Source: Candidatus Woesearchaeota archaeon (GTDB lineage Archaea; Nanobdellota; Nanobdellia; Woesearchaeales; JACPBO01). Taken from it: a DNA stretch of 33,938 bases. The notes beneath the pieces were generated by a model. The model was not told where the DNA came from. It saw nothing but the letters and a program-made list of their open reading frames with translations, and did not search any database. A program made the position numbers and the translations under genes. Below, piece after piece: positions 16,205-25,016 of the stretch. The DNA lies in contig JACPBO010000006.1 in NCBI GenBank assembly GCA_016180285.1, positions 1-33,938 of the forward strand, read 5' to 3'. The first letter of the stretch is position 1; the number at the start of each line of letters is the position of its first letter.

Positions 16205-17170
16205 ATGGGTGTAAAATTGGCAAGCGATAATAATATTGCGCAGTTGGTGAGAGAACCATATTTTATGCGTTCATTAGATTCTATTCCCATCCTATATAAT
16301 CCTCCTTCGAGAAAACTTGATACTGGAAAAGGGCAGTGGGAAATTCATGAAAGGGAAAAATTTGAAATACCCTTCTTTTCAGATAATGAAAGTCAAATTG
16401 CGTCAGATGGTTTCTGCGCCGTGTACATTAATAAAAAAGGAAAACCTCAAACAATTTTCCTTGGAAATTTAGATGATATTGCATCAGATGAGTCAAGAGG
16501 AATTGTTGATAGCACTGCAATCGAACTTTCTAAAAAGGTTTTAGAGCAAAGATTGTTTTCATGGCCGCCAAGAGGATTGGATGTGGCTAATGGAGATGAT
16601 TGGTGTATATTAAATGTTTTATTAGGGATGGTTGTTGTAGGCAGCGGCATTCTTATTGATGGAGCAGTAGCAGGTTACGGAAATTCATCAGGAAAGTTTG
16701 AATATATGTCAATAATTTCTAAGGTTGTCAAACTTGAAAATGAAAACCCAAACGCCGCATCTACATTTTTATGGTCTCTTTCAGGAGCATTACTCGCTTT
16801 GGGGGGTTTAGGTTTAGCTAGCTTGGGTAAAAAGGTTGGCGAATTTATGGATCATATCAGAACAAAAAACTTGCCTAAAGAAGCCAGTTCATTTAAGTAC
16901 GGGTATGATGCAATGGGCTCTGTTTCAAAAGAACAAGAAACTGTGAAAAGAGAGAATGAAATGAGAACATTATACAATGAATTACAGAATTCCGGCTATA
17001 GTGTTCCAAAACCACTTATAACAGAGATTTATGATGCAATGAAAAAAATAGATGAGCGAGATAGTGATAAGATCATTTCTTTAAGAGACTACCTAATACA
17101 AGAAAAAGAGGTATGCGTGCTTCCGGTTGATGTGCTTACAAAAGCATATGTAACTGCAACAGGTAGATAA
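16205..17170 (+). CDS. Hypothetical membrane protein (about two TM segments)
   Basis: 321-aa ORF with hydrophobic stretches ILNVLLGMVVVGSGILI and FLWSLSGALLALGGLGLASL, preceded by TATA-like TATTTAAATA. Confidence 0.7.
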   Translation: MGVKLASDNNIAQLVREPYFMRSLDSIPILYNPPSRKLDTGKGQWEIHEREKFEIPFFSDNESQIASDGFCAVYINKKGKPQTIFLGNLDDIASDESRGIVDSTAIELSKKVLEQRLFSWPPRGLDVANGDDWCILNVLLGMVVVGSGILIDGAVAGYGNSSGKFEYMSIISKVVKLENENPNAASTFLWSLSGALLALGGLGLASLGKKVGEFMDHIRTKNLPKEASSFKYGYDAMGSVSKEQETVKRENEMRTLYNELQNSGYSVPKPLITEIYDAMKKIDERDSDKIISLRDYLIQEKEVCVLPVDVLTKAYVTATGR

Positions 17171-17173
17171 AGG

Positions 17174-17641
17174 CTATAATTTTTTAATCACATTCTCAAA
17201 ACCTGTCTTTTCATCTACGACCATAACCTTGTGCCTTCTCTCTTTTGCTTCATTCAAGCATACATCAAATATTTCGCAGTCAAGGTTTTCCCTTATTTTA
17301 TTTTTATCGTAGCCTTTCTTTTTTAATCTTTTTTCCAGTGTTTTAAGATTGCATTTTGTGACAATGCAGAGATCAACATATTTCTCAGGCAGATAATGGC
17401 TTAAATGAGAGTCTATGATCAGTGATTTTTTAGAATTTTTTATTATTTCAATTAAAACCTTGTTTAATTTTTCAACATCAACAATCCTGCATTTTCTTTT
17501 TTTATCATAGCCTTCTTCAAGCTTATTGTCTTTTATGAGCTTGCTTACATCAATGTACTTATAGCCTGATCTTTTAGACAGCCTTTTAGCAAGCGTTGTC
17601 TTTCCTGTTCCGGGTGTTCCTGTGACTATTATGGCTTTCAT
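17174..17641 (-). CDS. Archaeal AK6/Fap7-type adenylate kinase / ATPase
   Basis: Walker A GTPGTGKTT, IIDSH motif and RL..KGY...KIREN..CEI. Confidence 0.9.
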   Translation of the reverse strand: MKAIIVTGTPGTGKTTLAKRLSKRSGYKYIDVSKLIKDNKLEEGYDKKRKCRIVDVEKLNKVLIEIIKNSKKSLIIDSHLSHYLPEKYVDLCIVTKCNLKTLEKRLKKKGYDKNKIRENLDCEIFDVCLNEAKERRHKVMVVDEKTGFENVIKKL

Positions 17642-17685
17642 TAAAAAAAGAAAAAATAAAATAGGTATTTAAATTTATTCAAAAT

Positions 17686-19704
17686 CTACTTTGTTTTTCC
17701 TTCCAAGTGCTTCTTTATGATGCTCAAGAACTGAGTTCTTTTCTTAATGCCTTTCAGCTTGTTGTACAATTCAGCATCTTTCTGGCTTTCCAATACCCAT
17801 TCAGCATAGATGTTTTTCTCTTTTATCGCTTCTTCAAAGTCATGATCCGGCATGGAAAAAATATTCCCTACCAGCTCACCTATTGATTTGAAATTCAGCT
17901 TTGTTTCGTTCTGCTCCTCACTCTTAGGCTCTTCTATTTCTTTCTTTTTCTTCTTGAAAATGCTTATTCCCTCTGCCAAAAAGCGATGCTTCATCAATTG
18001 CTGAGCTCCAAGCGTTAAACCAATGAAAAGCACGACAAAAGCGATTAACATTCCAATCTCATTTTTAATAACTATAAACGGTGAATTGAATACCATCAAT
18101 TTTCGAAGCACAACCTCGCTTATTACAAATGGGTTATAAGCAGCTACCTGCCTGACATAATCCGGCATGCTTTCCAATGGCAGTATGAGGTTGGACAGAA
18201 AAATCATTATTGCGCCAACAGATATTGATGCCAGTGTTGATGTTTCCTCTGAATTGAACAAGTAGCCTATGCAGATTCCGATGAACGTGAATATTGTTGT
18301 TATCAGAAGCAATAAGGGGAGGGATTTTAACAGGCCCAGCAGCACAATCTCCCTTAAGAATATTGTCGAGATTGCAAGGATGATTATCAGCTGCAATATG
18401 AGAATCAAAATATTGGTGAGATAGGCTGAAAATATGAATGTTGCATCCCTTGTTGGGGTTACAAAGTTTCTGAAATAAGCCCTTGACATCTTTTCCATCA
18501 TAACTAATGTCGAGGAAAGCAGTATGCTTATGAACATTATGACAAGAACTATCAGGCTGGGGAATACATAATTGAGATTGCTTGTTTCAGGCGTTACAGG
18601 AGATATCTTTGTTTTTACAGGAGACACAATGCTCTGCGCATCCTTTACCTTGGTGCTCTCGATATTTGCAATTATATTGCGGACAGAATTCTTGACTGCG
18701 CTAAGCTCTGAAGATGCCTTATCTAATTTTGATTTTATGGCATCAAGCTTTCCGGATGCAGAGCTTTTAAGCGAGTTTGCTTTGTCAAGCCTTGCTTGAA
18801 GATCCTGCGAGCTTGCCTGCATAACAGACAGCAAAGAGGCAACGTCTGAATTATATGATGAAATAAGGCTGCTGATATTGCTTATGCTTGAAGATAGGTC
18901 TGTAACCTGTGTTTGCGCGTCACTGGCAGAACTTACCAATATACCTTTGCCGCTTGCATTTGAGCCCATCATACCAACCACATTATTGACATTGTCAATT
19001 AATTGCTGCGTTGTGGCAATTGATGCAGAACTGTAATTCATCAGCAAGGTTGTCTTGCTGTTCAGCTCTGCAGTTTTAGCTGCAATCTCATCTGCCTTCA
19101 GATCATTTTTGTTAAATGAAAGCTGCATTGAGCTTAAAGAAGCTTTAACTTCTGAAACCTTGTCATTCATATCTTTATTTTTAGCTACAAGAGCATCAAT
19201 AACAATAAGGTCATTCTGCAATTCCTGCTTTGTCCTGTCTAATTTGTCTAAAATCACAGTTGTAAGGTTAATGCTGAGCTCCCTTGACCTTGATGATATT
19301 TTTGAAGAAACAATATCAAGGATTATCCAAACAAGGTTGATTTTGGAATAATCAACATGAAAATCTATTTCGTTTTCAAGAGAGGGGTTTTCAAAGTCAA
19401 GGTCTTTCGGGAAAACAATGCATGTATGTATTGTGCCTTTTTTAATGGCATCTATGCATGACTTTTCTGTTTCAAAACGGCGTACTGCAAACTGCTTGTC
19501 AGTCAGCTTTTCTATGAAAGAATCGATCAATGCATTATAGCCCGGAGAATAAGTCCCGATATTCAGGCTGTATGATTTCGATGTGTTGAATGCTATTCCT
19601 GCGAGAAGTATTATCAACAAAGGGCCAAGTATGACTATCAAAGCAGAAGTCCTGGACCTAAGCAAGAGCTTGAAGTTCTTTTTTATTATGCTGAATAGTT
19701 TCAT
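17686..19704 (-). CDS. ABC-2 type transporter permease with a long extracytoplasmic helical domain
   Basis: N-terminal TM, Ser/Ala/Leu-rich heptad region, five C-terminal TMs (FPSL, LPLESMP, YNPF) and a soluble tail. Confidence 0.85.
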   Translation of the reverse strand: MKLFSIIKKNFKLLLRSRTSALIVILGPLLIILLAGIAFNTSKSYSLNIGTYSPGYNALIDSFIEKLTDKQFAVRRFETEKSCIDAIKKGTIHTCIVFPKDLDFENPSLENEIDFHVDYSKINLVWIILDIVSSKISSRSRELSINLTTVILDKLDRTKQELQNDLIVIDALVAKNKDMNDKVSEVKASLSSMQLSFNKNDLKADEIAAKTAELNSKTTLLMNYSSASIATTQQLIDNVNNVVGMMGSNASGKGILVSSASDAQTQVTDLSSSISNISSLISSYNSDVASLLSVMQASSQDLQARLDKANSLKSSASGKLDAIKSKLDKASSELSAVKNSVRNIIANIESTKVKDAQSIVSPVKTKISPVTPETSNLNYVFPSLIVLVIMFISILLSSTLVMMEKMSRAYFRNFVTPTRDATFIFSAYLTNILILILQLIIILAISTIFLREIVLLGLLKSLPLLLLITTIFTFIGICIGYLFNSEETSTLASISVGAIMIFLSNLILPLESMPDYVRQVAAYNPFVISEVVLRKLMVFNSPFIVIKNEIGMLIAFVVLFIGLTLGAQQLMKHRFLAEGISIFKKKKKEIEEPKSEEQNETKLNFKSIGELVGNIFSMPDHDFEEAIKEKNIYAEWVLESQKDAELYNKLKGIKKRTQFLSIIKKHLEGKTK

Positions 19705-20654
19705 TTTTTAGCCAGCGATATGAATACCTCATCTAAAGACGGCCTGCCTAATTCAACTCCGAGCAGGGAGTCTTTTTTGCCGAGCATTCTCAGCAATCTT
19801 GCAAGGGTTTTCTCTCCTTCAGGAGTGTATATGATGAGCCTGTTTTCCTCAACTTTTAAGTTTTTTACGCCAATTTTTCTTAAGCTCTTAATCAGGGCAT
19901 CATAATTCCTTGAGCTTGTTTCAAGAATCAATTCCTTTTCCTTTGTATATAACATTTTTAATTCATCGGGAGTTCCGGACCTGACTATCTTTGCATCATC
20001 CAGTATAGCAACTCTTGTGCACAGAGTTTCCATTTCTGTAAGGAAATGGCTTGCAAGTATTATTGTAACTCCCCTTTCGTTTATCTTTCTCATAAGATCC
20101 CATATCTGCTTTCTCGAAATAGGGTCAAGGTCAGCTGTCGGCTCATCCAGTATCAATAATGAAGGGTTATGGATCAAAGAGCACGCAATATCAAGCCTTT
20201 TCTGCATCCCTCCTGAAAGATTCTGGGAAATCAGATTCTTAAATCTGGTTAAGTTTGTCATTTCCAGCAATTCGTCTGCCTTGCTGCTTATGTTTGATTT
20301 TGGTATGCTATAAAGGGCTGCAAAATATCTCAGATTTTCCATTACAGTCAATTTAGGATAAAAAGAAGGAGTCTGGGCTGCAAATCCAAATTTCTTCTTT
20401 ACATCAAATGGGTTTCTGAATACTGACTTGAAGCTTTCAACTCCGCTTTCAGTTATGTTGTACAGAATATCGCCTTCCTGAGGCCGCATGAAGCCGATCA
20501 AAAGATTGAGCATTGTTGTCTTGCCGGATCCGCTCCTTCCTATGATGCCGAATATCTCGCCTTCATTAATATTAAGGCTTATTTTATTCAGAACAAGATT
20601 ATCGCCAAATCTTTTTGTCACATTATCGAATTTTACGGCAATAGCGCTGCTCAT
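19701..20654 (-). CDS. ABC transporter ATP-binding protein
   Basis: GRSGSGKTT, LSGGMQKR, LILDEPT and H-loop ASH motifs. Confidence 0.96.
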   Translation of the reverse strand: MSSAIAVKFDNVTKRFGDNLVLNKISLNINEGEIFGIIGRSGSGKTTMLNLLIGFMRPQEGDILYNITESGVESFKSVFRNPFDVKKKFGFAAQTPSFYPKLTVMENLRYFAALYSIPKSNISSKADELLEMTNLTRFKNLISQNLSGGMQKRLDIACSLIHNPSLLILDEPTADLDPISRKQIWDLMRKINERGVTIILASHFLTEMETLCTRVAILDDAKIVRSGTPDELKMLYTKEKELILETSSRNYDALIKSLRKIGVKNLKVEENRLIIYTPEGEKTLARLLRMLGKKDSLLGVELGRPSLDEVFISLAKK

Positions 20655-20708
20655 ATATGTAGGATAAAAAAGCTGATTAATAAATTTAATGAGACTACTC
20701 TCGAGAAG

Positions 20709-20921
20709 TTATAGAATTTTTATATCCTCGCTTTCTTTCTTTGTAAGTATCGATAATAAATGTATTAATATAGAAGCATCTCTTCTGCTCAATAGCCTAC
20801 TTACATCATAAATTAACTCTCGTTGTTTCTCTGTTATTTCAGTAGGTTTATAATAACCACTTTGATCATTTTCTAACATCTTCCAGATTTCCAATAGTTT
20901 TTGTTTGTCTTCAGACTTCAT
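20709..20921 (-). CDS. Small hypothetical protein
   Basis: 70-aa ORF with a minus-strand BRE/TATA-like motif (GAAAGGTTTATTTTAAA) ~25 bp upstream. Confidence 0.6.
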   Translation of the reverse strand: MKSEDKQKLLEIWKMLENDQSGYYKPTEITEKQRELIYDVSRLLSRRDASILIHLLSILTKKESEDIKIL

Positions 20922-21056
20922 AAGAATTATGTATATCAGTTTAAAATAAACCTTTCGGTTTTAATGGCGTGATGGCCGTTGTGAAAAGAATAGCAAACAA
21001 AAATAGAAAGGTTTATATAGGTGTATGATATATCTGGTATGTACTGGTATTTAAAA

Positions 21057-21386
21057 ATGGTTTTTGAAAATATATTGAGGATAAGAAGAATGCGAGAACA
21101 GGTCAAAGAAGAATTAGAAGGTTTACCTAGAGGGGATCTGGATCAAAATATGTTAAGACAAGCATACTGGGCATTAAGAACACATAATTTAGGTAGAACG
21201 GTGAAACTTCCATTATCAAAAGAAGAAACATTAATCCAAGCTACAAAACTCATTCAAAAAGATAACCGGGCTTTTTGCCCAAAATTTGATGAAAAGATCT
21301 TCAATAGAGTTGATCTATGTAGTGTTGCTAAAAAGGATCCTGAATTTAACTCTGTTTGTTTTTGCTCGATAAAAAAAACACGGTGA
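21057..21386 (+). CDS. Hypothetical protein
   Basis: ORF downstream of the promoter-like GAAAGGTTTATATA (~21006-21019). ATG 21057 is the likely start. Confidence 0.6.
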   Translation: MVFENILRIRRMREQVKEELEGLPRGDLDQNMLRQAYWALRTHNLGRTVKLPLSKEETLIQATKLIQKDNRAFCPKFDEKIFNRVDLCSVAKKDPEFNSVCFCSIKKTR

Positions 21387-21392
21387 ACAAAA

Positions 21393-21746
21393 ATGGAAGG
21401 CAATAAGAAAAGAATTTTAGAAGAATTAAGTGATAAAGGCTGTATAGAAATTAAAGATAAACAGGAAAAACTGATAACTGTATGTGTAGGTACAAAAGAA
21501 GACATGGGAAGAAGGATAGCTAATTTAATCTAAAATGATAAAGTAAAGAGTTATGATGATGTTTCAAAATTAAATAAGGATTTAAAAAAAATGGGCGTTC
21601 CGAGAGAAGGAATTGCAAGAGCATCAAGATTTGTTTCAAATGGCTTCAGAGACCGCAACTATGAAAAAACCGAAAAAAAGTGGAGCCTTGATCTTTTAAA
21701 CAAGTTTGGTTTAAATAGAAAAAAGAACGAAGAAATAAAAATATGA
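21393..21746 (+). pseudogene. 118-codon frame interrupted by a single in-frame TAA (21531-21533)
   Basis: ATG 21393 follows a GGTGA RBS. It reads MEGNKKRIL...RIANLI*NDKVKSYDD...NEEIKI* in one frame. Confidence 0.55.
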
Positions 21747-21902
21747 TTTTTTGTTATTTTTTCCTGATCCAATCCCAGACTGCATAGACTAAAATTGCGA
21801 ACAATGCTCAGAATAAGAACAGCATTGCAATGTTTGTCTGCGTTAAATATGCCGTTGCTGTTGATTGCGCCTAAAGTGCATCAATCAGCCTGATATCATT
21901 CC

Positions 21903-21959
21903 TGTTACTATAAAGAACAGAAAGGTTTAAATATTACTTATCTGTTACTTATAGTAACA
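21903..21959. promoter_or_regulatory. TATA box flanked by an 11-bp inverted repeat (putative TA operator)
   Basis: TGTTACTATAA (21903-21913) and TTATAGTAACA (21949-21959) flank GAAAGGTTTAAATA. A local palindrome TGTTACT-TAT-AGTAACA abuts the ATG. Confidence 0.65.
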
Positions 21960-22312
21960 TGGACAAGAAAGAGCTTTTGGCGAAGAACATAAGGGAGTTC
22001 TATAGAGAAGGCAATAGCGCATTGCAAAGAAATTCTTACAATTCCGCAGCAAGCCTTTTCTTCAAGGCTCTTGCAGTAATTGCTGACTGGCATATCCTGC
22101 AAAAGAAAGGGTTTATTCCAAAAAGCCATACTGAGCGTTTCCGCATTCTTGAACAGAATTATCAAGAGATATATAAGATTCTAGATAAGGATTTTCCAGT
22201 ATACCAGGATAGCTATAGCATTGGCTTACAAAAGGAAACAGCAGAGGTAATAAGAGATGATCTTAGAAAAATTGCAAAAAAAGTTGGATTTGAATTGGAT
22301 AAAGAAGAATGA
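21959..22312 (+). CDS. HEPN-like domain protein
   Basis: All-helical, with YNSAASLFFKAL and PKSHTERF motifs. Overlaps the MNT gene. Confidence 0.72.
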   Translation: MDKKELLAKNIREFYREGNSALQRNSYNSAASLFFKALAVIADWHILQKKGFIPKSHTERFRILEQNYQEIYKILDKDFPVYQDSYSIGLQKETAEVIRDDLRKIAKKVGFELDKEE

Positions 22313-22826
22313 TGCATGGGACATAGTTGTTTATGGCTCATATGCGCGCGGCGAAGTTAATTCTAGGGATATAGATTTAGCGATAATCCTTAGCAGAGCC
22401 GCTTCTGTGAAAAAGAAAATGGCGCTATGCCAAGAGCTAAGAAGGGCACTTTCTGGAAAAGAATACTCGCTGGATGTAAAAGCTGTTGACATTAATGACT
22501 TAATGAATGTAAGTTTTCTTGCGCGGGAAGCTATTCTTGCAGAAGGCCGTTCGCTTCTCAAGAAAGATTATCTCGCAGAAAGATTTGGATTTAAGAATTT
22601 TGCAATAATCGAGTATAGCTTGAGAAATCTCACGCCTGCGAAGCAAAAGATGTTTTATTATGCTCTGCAAGGAAGAAAAATAGGAACAGGAATTCTTGCA
22701 AGAATAGGCGGCAGAATAATCTCGAAAGGTGTATTCCAAGCGCCAACAAGACATTATGAAGAAGTGCTGAATCTGCTCGAGCAGCATCGCATCATCTATA
22801 AAACAACATTTGTCTTGCAATATTGA
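22257..22826 (+). CDS. Minimal nucleotidyltransferase (MNT) with a C-terminal extension
   Basis: VVYGSYARGE...DIDLAI Pol-beta motif, followed by an extra C-terminal domain (YSL..L....K..FYYAL.GR). Confidence 0.85.
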   Translation: MILEKLQKKLDLNWIKKNDAWDIVVYGSYARGEVNSRDIDLAIILSRAASVKKKMALCQELRRALSGKEYSLDVKAVDINDLMNVSFLAREAILAEGRSLLKKDYLAERFGFKNFAIIEYSLRNLTPAKQKMFYYALQGRKIGTGILARIGGRIISKGVFQAPTRHYEEVLNLLEQHRIIYKTTFVLQY

Positions 22827-22938
22827 ATGCTATATTGATATTTTATTAAATGCTTTAGTGTCTAAGTATAAAACAACAACATTTTTATATCTTTTCTGTT
22901 TTTCTGCCTTATATTAAGGATAACAATGGAAGGCTAAC

Positions 22939-23394
22939 ATGGAATGCGATATGTGCGGGAAACAGGCAAAATTCAAGGCATTAATTGAGGGAAGCGAATT
23001 ATTTGTATGCGAGCAATGCTCCAAATTCGGCAAAGTTCTTGGTGAAATCAGAATACGCCAGGCTGATCCAAAAAAGCAAAAAATCCAGAGCGCAATTGCT
23101 GAAGAAAAGGAGCTGATGGAAGTAATAGTTCCAGAATACCCTGAACTGATAAAATCAAAAAGGGAAGAGCTTGGCTTAAAACAGGAGGATTTTGCCAAAA
23201 AAATAAATGAAAAGGCCTCATTGATTCACAAGATCGAATCAGGGCATTTCGAGCCAAATGTCGAGCTTGCAAGAAAGCTTGAAAGATTTTTAAAAATAAA
23301 GCTGGTTGAAGCGCATGAAGAGATCCATAAAAAAGAAGCTAAAAAGGCAGTGGAGAGCTTCACACTGGGGGATTTTGTGAAGATAAAGAAATGA
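22939..23394 (+). CDS. mbf1: Archaeal multiprotein bridging factor aMBF1
   Basis: Zn ribbon CDMCG...VCEQC, HTH REELGLKQEDFAKKINEKASLIHKIESG and C-terminal TLGD. Confidence 0.93.
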   Translation: MECDMCGKQAKFKALIEGSELFVCEQCSKFGKVLGEIRIRQADPKKQKIQSAIAEEKELMEVIVPEYPELIKSKREELGLKQEDFAKKINEKASLIHKIESGHFEPNVELARKLERFLKIKLVEAHEEIHKKEAKKAVESFTLGDFVKIKK

Positions 23395-23424
23395 AAGATA
23401 TTAAAGACATTATTTAAATTCAGA

Positions 23425-24327
23425 ATGACAACACATCTAAAACAAACTGGAACTGAAGACTCTACTTTAGTGCTTTCTATAGATGATTCAGCTAGAGGCC
23501 TTTATGATGAATGCAAAAAAATTTCAAAATTGATCGCAGACCATTACAATTGCAACAATGCAAATAAAGAATTAATTTTTGGCTCAGAGCCTTGGTGTAA
23601 CGAAGTAAAGCGGTATGCTGATGAATTCTCAAAGCTGTTTGGAAGCCTTATCGAGCCATTTATTTTAGAACAAAGACTATCAATTTTAGATATAGCACAT
23701 CCTTTAAAGGAAGAAAATCCAGTCAGTATAGTTTGCCGGACATTGGGCATTGAAGGATTAAAAGTAAGAGACACAATGGATGTGCTTCATGAAGTGGGAG
23801 ATCGTGAGTATGCAATTGAGAGCATACCATCACAAGAAACAGAGTTAAAAGTAAAAGATGTTGTGACGATGATTTACGGGGGTGATCCGTTGCTATACCC
23901 TTTTGTAGTGGAGAATGTGCCACTGCAAACCTTAGAAGAGCTTTTTTATGGATACACGCCTAATTTAGTTTGCAATTTACATGAGAATGTTATAAAAATA
24001 TGGGGGTATTTGAAGATTACCCCGCATGCTATGGCAGATAGAATTGGCTTTATTGTTGTTGAGGACATAGCAAAGCTGATAGAAAAAGGATCCGAACAAT
24101 TTAGTTGCCCATTGGAGTATGGCGGTTTTATAATGGCACCAGTTAATAAAATGAAAGATACTATTGATTATTTCACCAGGATATACAAAAATAAAAACCT
24201 AATTGAATGGGCAAGATTGGAAACACTTAGAAGTAAGATAAAAGATGAGAAAGACGAAACAGTCAGATCCTTTTTATTCAAAAATTATAAAAACGAGATT
24301 TTGAGAATAGCGCAAGAAATCAAATGA
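23425..24327 (+). CDS. Hypothetical protein
   Basis: 300-aa ORF with no recognised motif. It overlaps the next ATG (ATGA). Confidence 0.7.
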   Translation: MTTHLKQTGTEDSTLVLSIDDSARGLYDECKKISKLIADHYNCNNANKELIFGSEPWCNEVKRYADEFSKLFGSLIEPFILEQRLSILDIAHPLKEENPVSIVCRTLGIEGLKVRDTMDVLHEVGDREYAIESIPSQETELKVKDVVTMIYGGDPLLYPFVVENVPLQTLEELFYGYTPNLVCNLHENVIKIWGYLKITPHAMADRIGFIVVEDIAKLIEKGSEQFSCPLEYGGFIMAPVNKMKDTIDYFTRIYKNKNLIEWARLETLRSKIKDEKDETVRSFLFKNYKNEILRIAQEIK

Positions 24328-25016
24328 TCTCAACAATAATCCCGACATACAACGAAAAAGAGAACATAAAGAACCTTATTGCCGCAATCTCAAATACTCT
24401 CAAAAAAAACAAGATCAAAGGCGAGATCATAATTGTTGATGATAACTCGCCAGACGGGACAGGCAGGATCGCTGAAAATTTAAGCAGGAAATACCCGGTC
24501 AAGGTTCTGCACAGAAAGGGCAAGCTTGGATTGAGCAGCGCTGTTGTTTCAGGATTTAAAGCTGCAAAAGGCAATATTATTGGCGTTATGGATGCTGACT
24601 TTTCGCATCCGCCAGAAATAATCCCTGAACTGATAAAGCCGATTTTAAATGAAAACATTGATTTTGTAATTGGAAGCAGGCACATCAAAGGTGGCGGAAT
24701 GGAGAACTGGCCTTTAGCGAGAAAGCTCATCAGCAAAGGAGCAACATTGCTGGCAAAAACTGTAACGAATGTCAAGGACCCAATGAGCGGCTTGTTTTTT
24801 CTTAAAAAAAGCGTTATAAAAGATATAAGATTTGACTCAAAAGGATTCAAGATATGCCTTGAAATCCTGGTCAAAGGCAGCTATAAAACTGTAAAAGAAG
24901 TGCCTTATATCTTCAAGGACAGGAGAGCGGGGAAAAGCAAGCTAGGCGCAGGGGAATATCTGAATTATTTAGTGACATTGGCGAGATTGATAAGATATAA
25001 AATTGCAAGAAAATGA
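24324..25016 (+). CDS. Polyprenol/dolichol-phosphate mannose synthase-like GT2
   Basis: IIPTYNE, VDDNSPDGT, MDADFSHPP, GSR, DPMSG and R..GKSKL motifs. Confidence 0.92.
   Translation: MISTIIPTYNEKENIKNLIAAISNTLKKNKIKGEIIIVDDNSPDGTGRIAENLSRKYPVKVLHRKGKLGLSSAVVSGFKAAKGNIIGVMDADFSHPPEIIPELIKPILNENIDFVIGSRHIKGGGMENWPLARKLISKGATLLAKTVTNVKDPMSGLFFLKKSVIKDIRFDSKGFKICLEILVKGSYKTVKEVPYIFKDRRAGKSKLGAGEYLNYLVTLARLIRYKIARK

Noticed and set aside
21531..21533. Stop-codon reassignment
   Set aside because: TAA, TAG and TGA all terminate conserved genes at expected positions elsewhere in the window (e.g. glmS, galE, mbf1).
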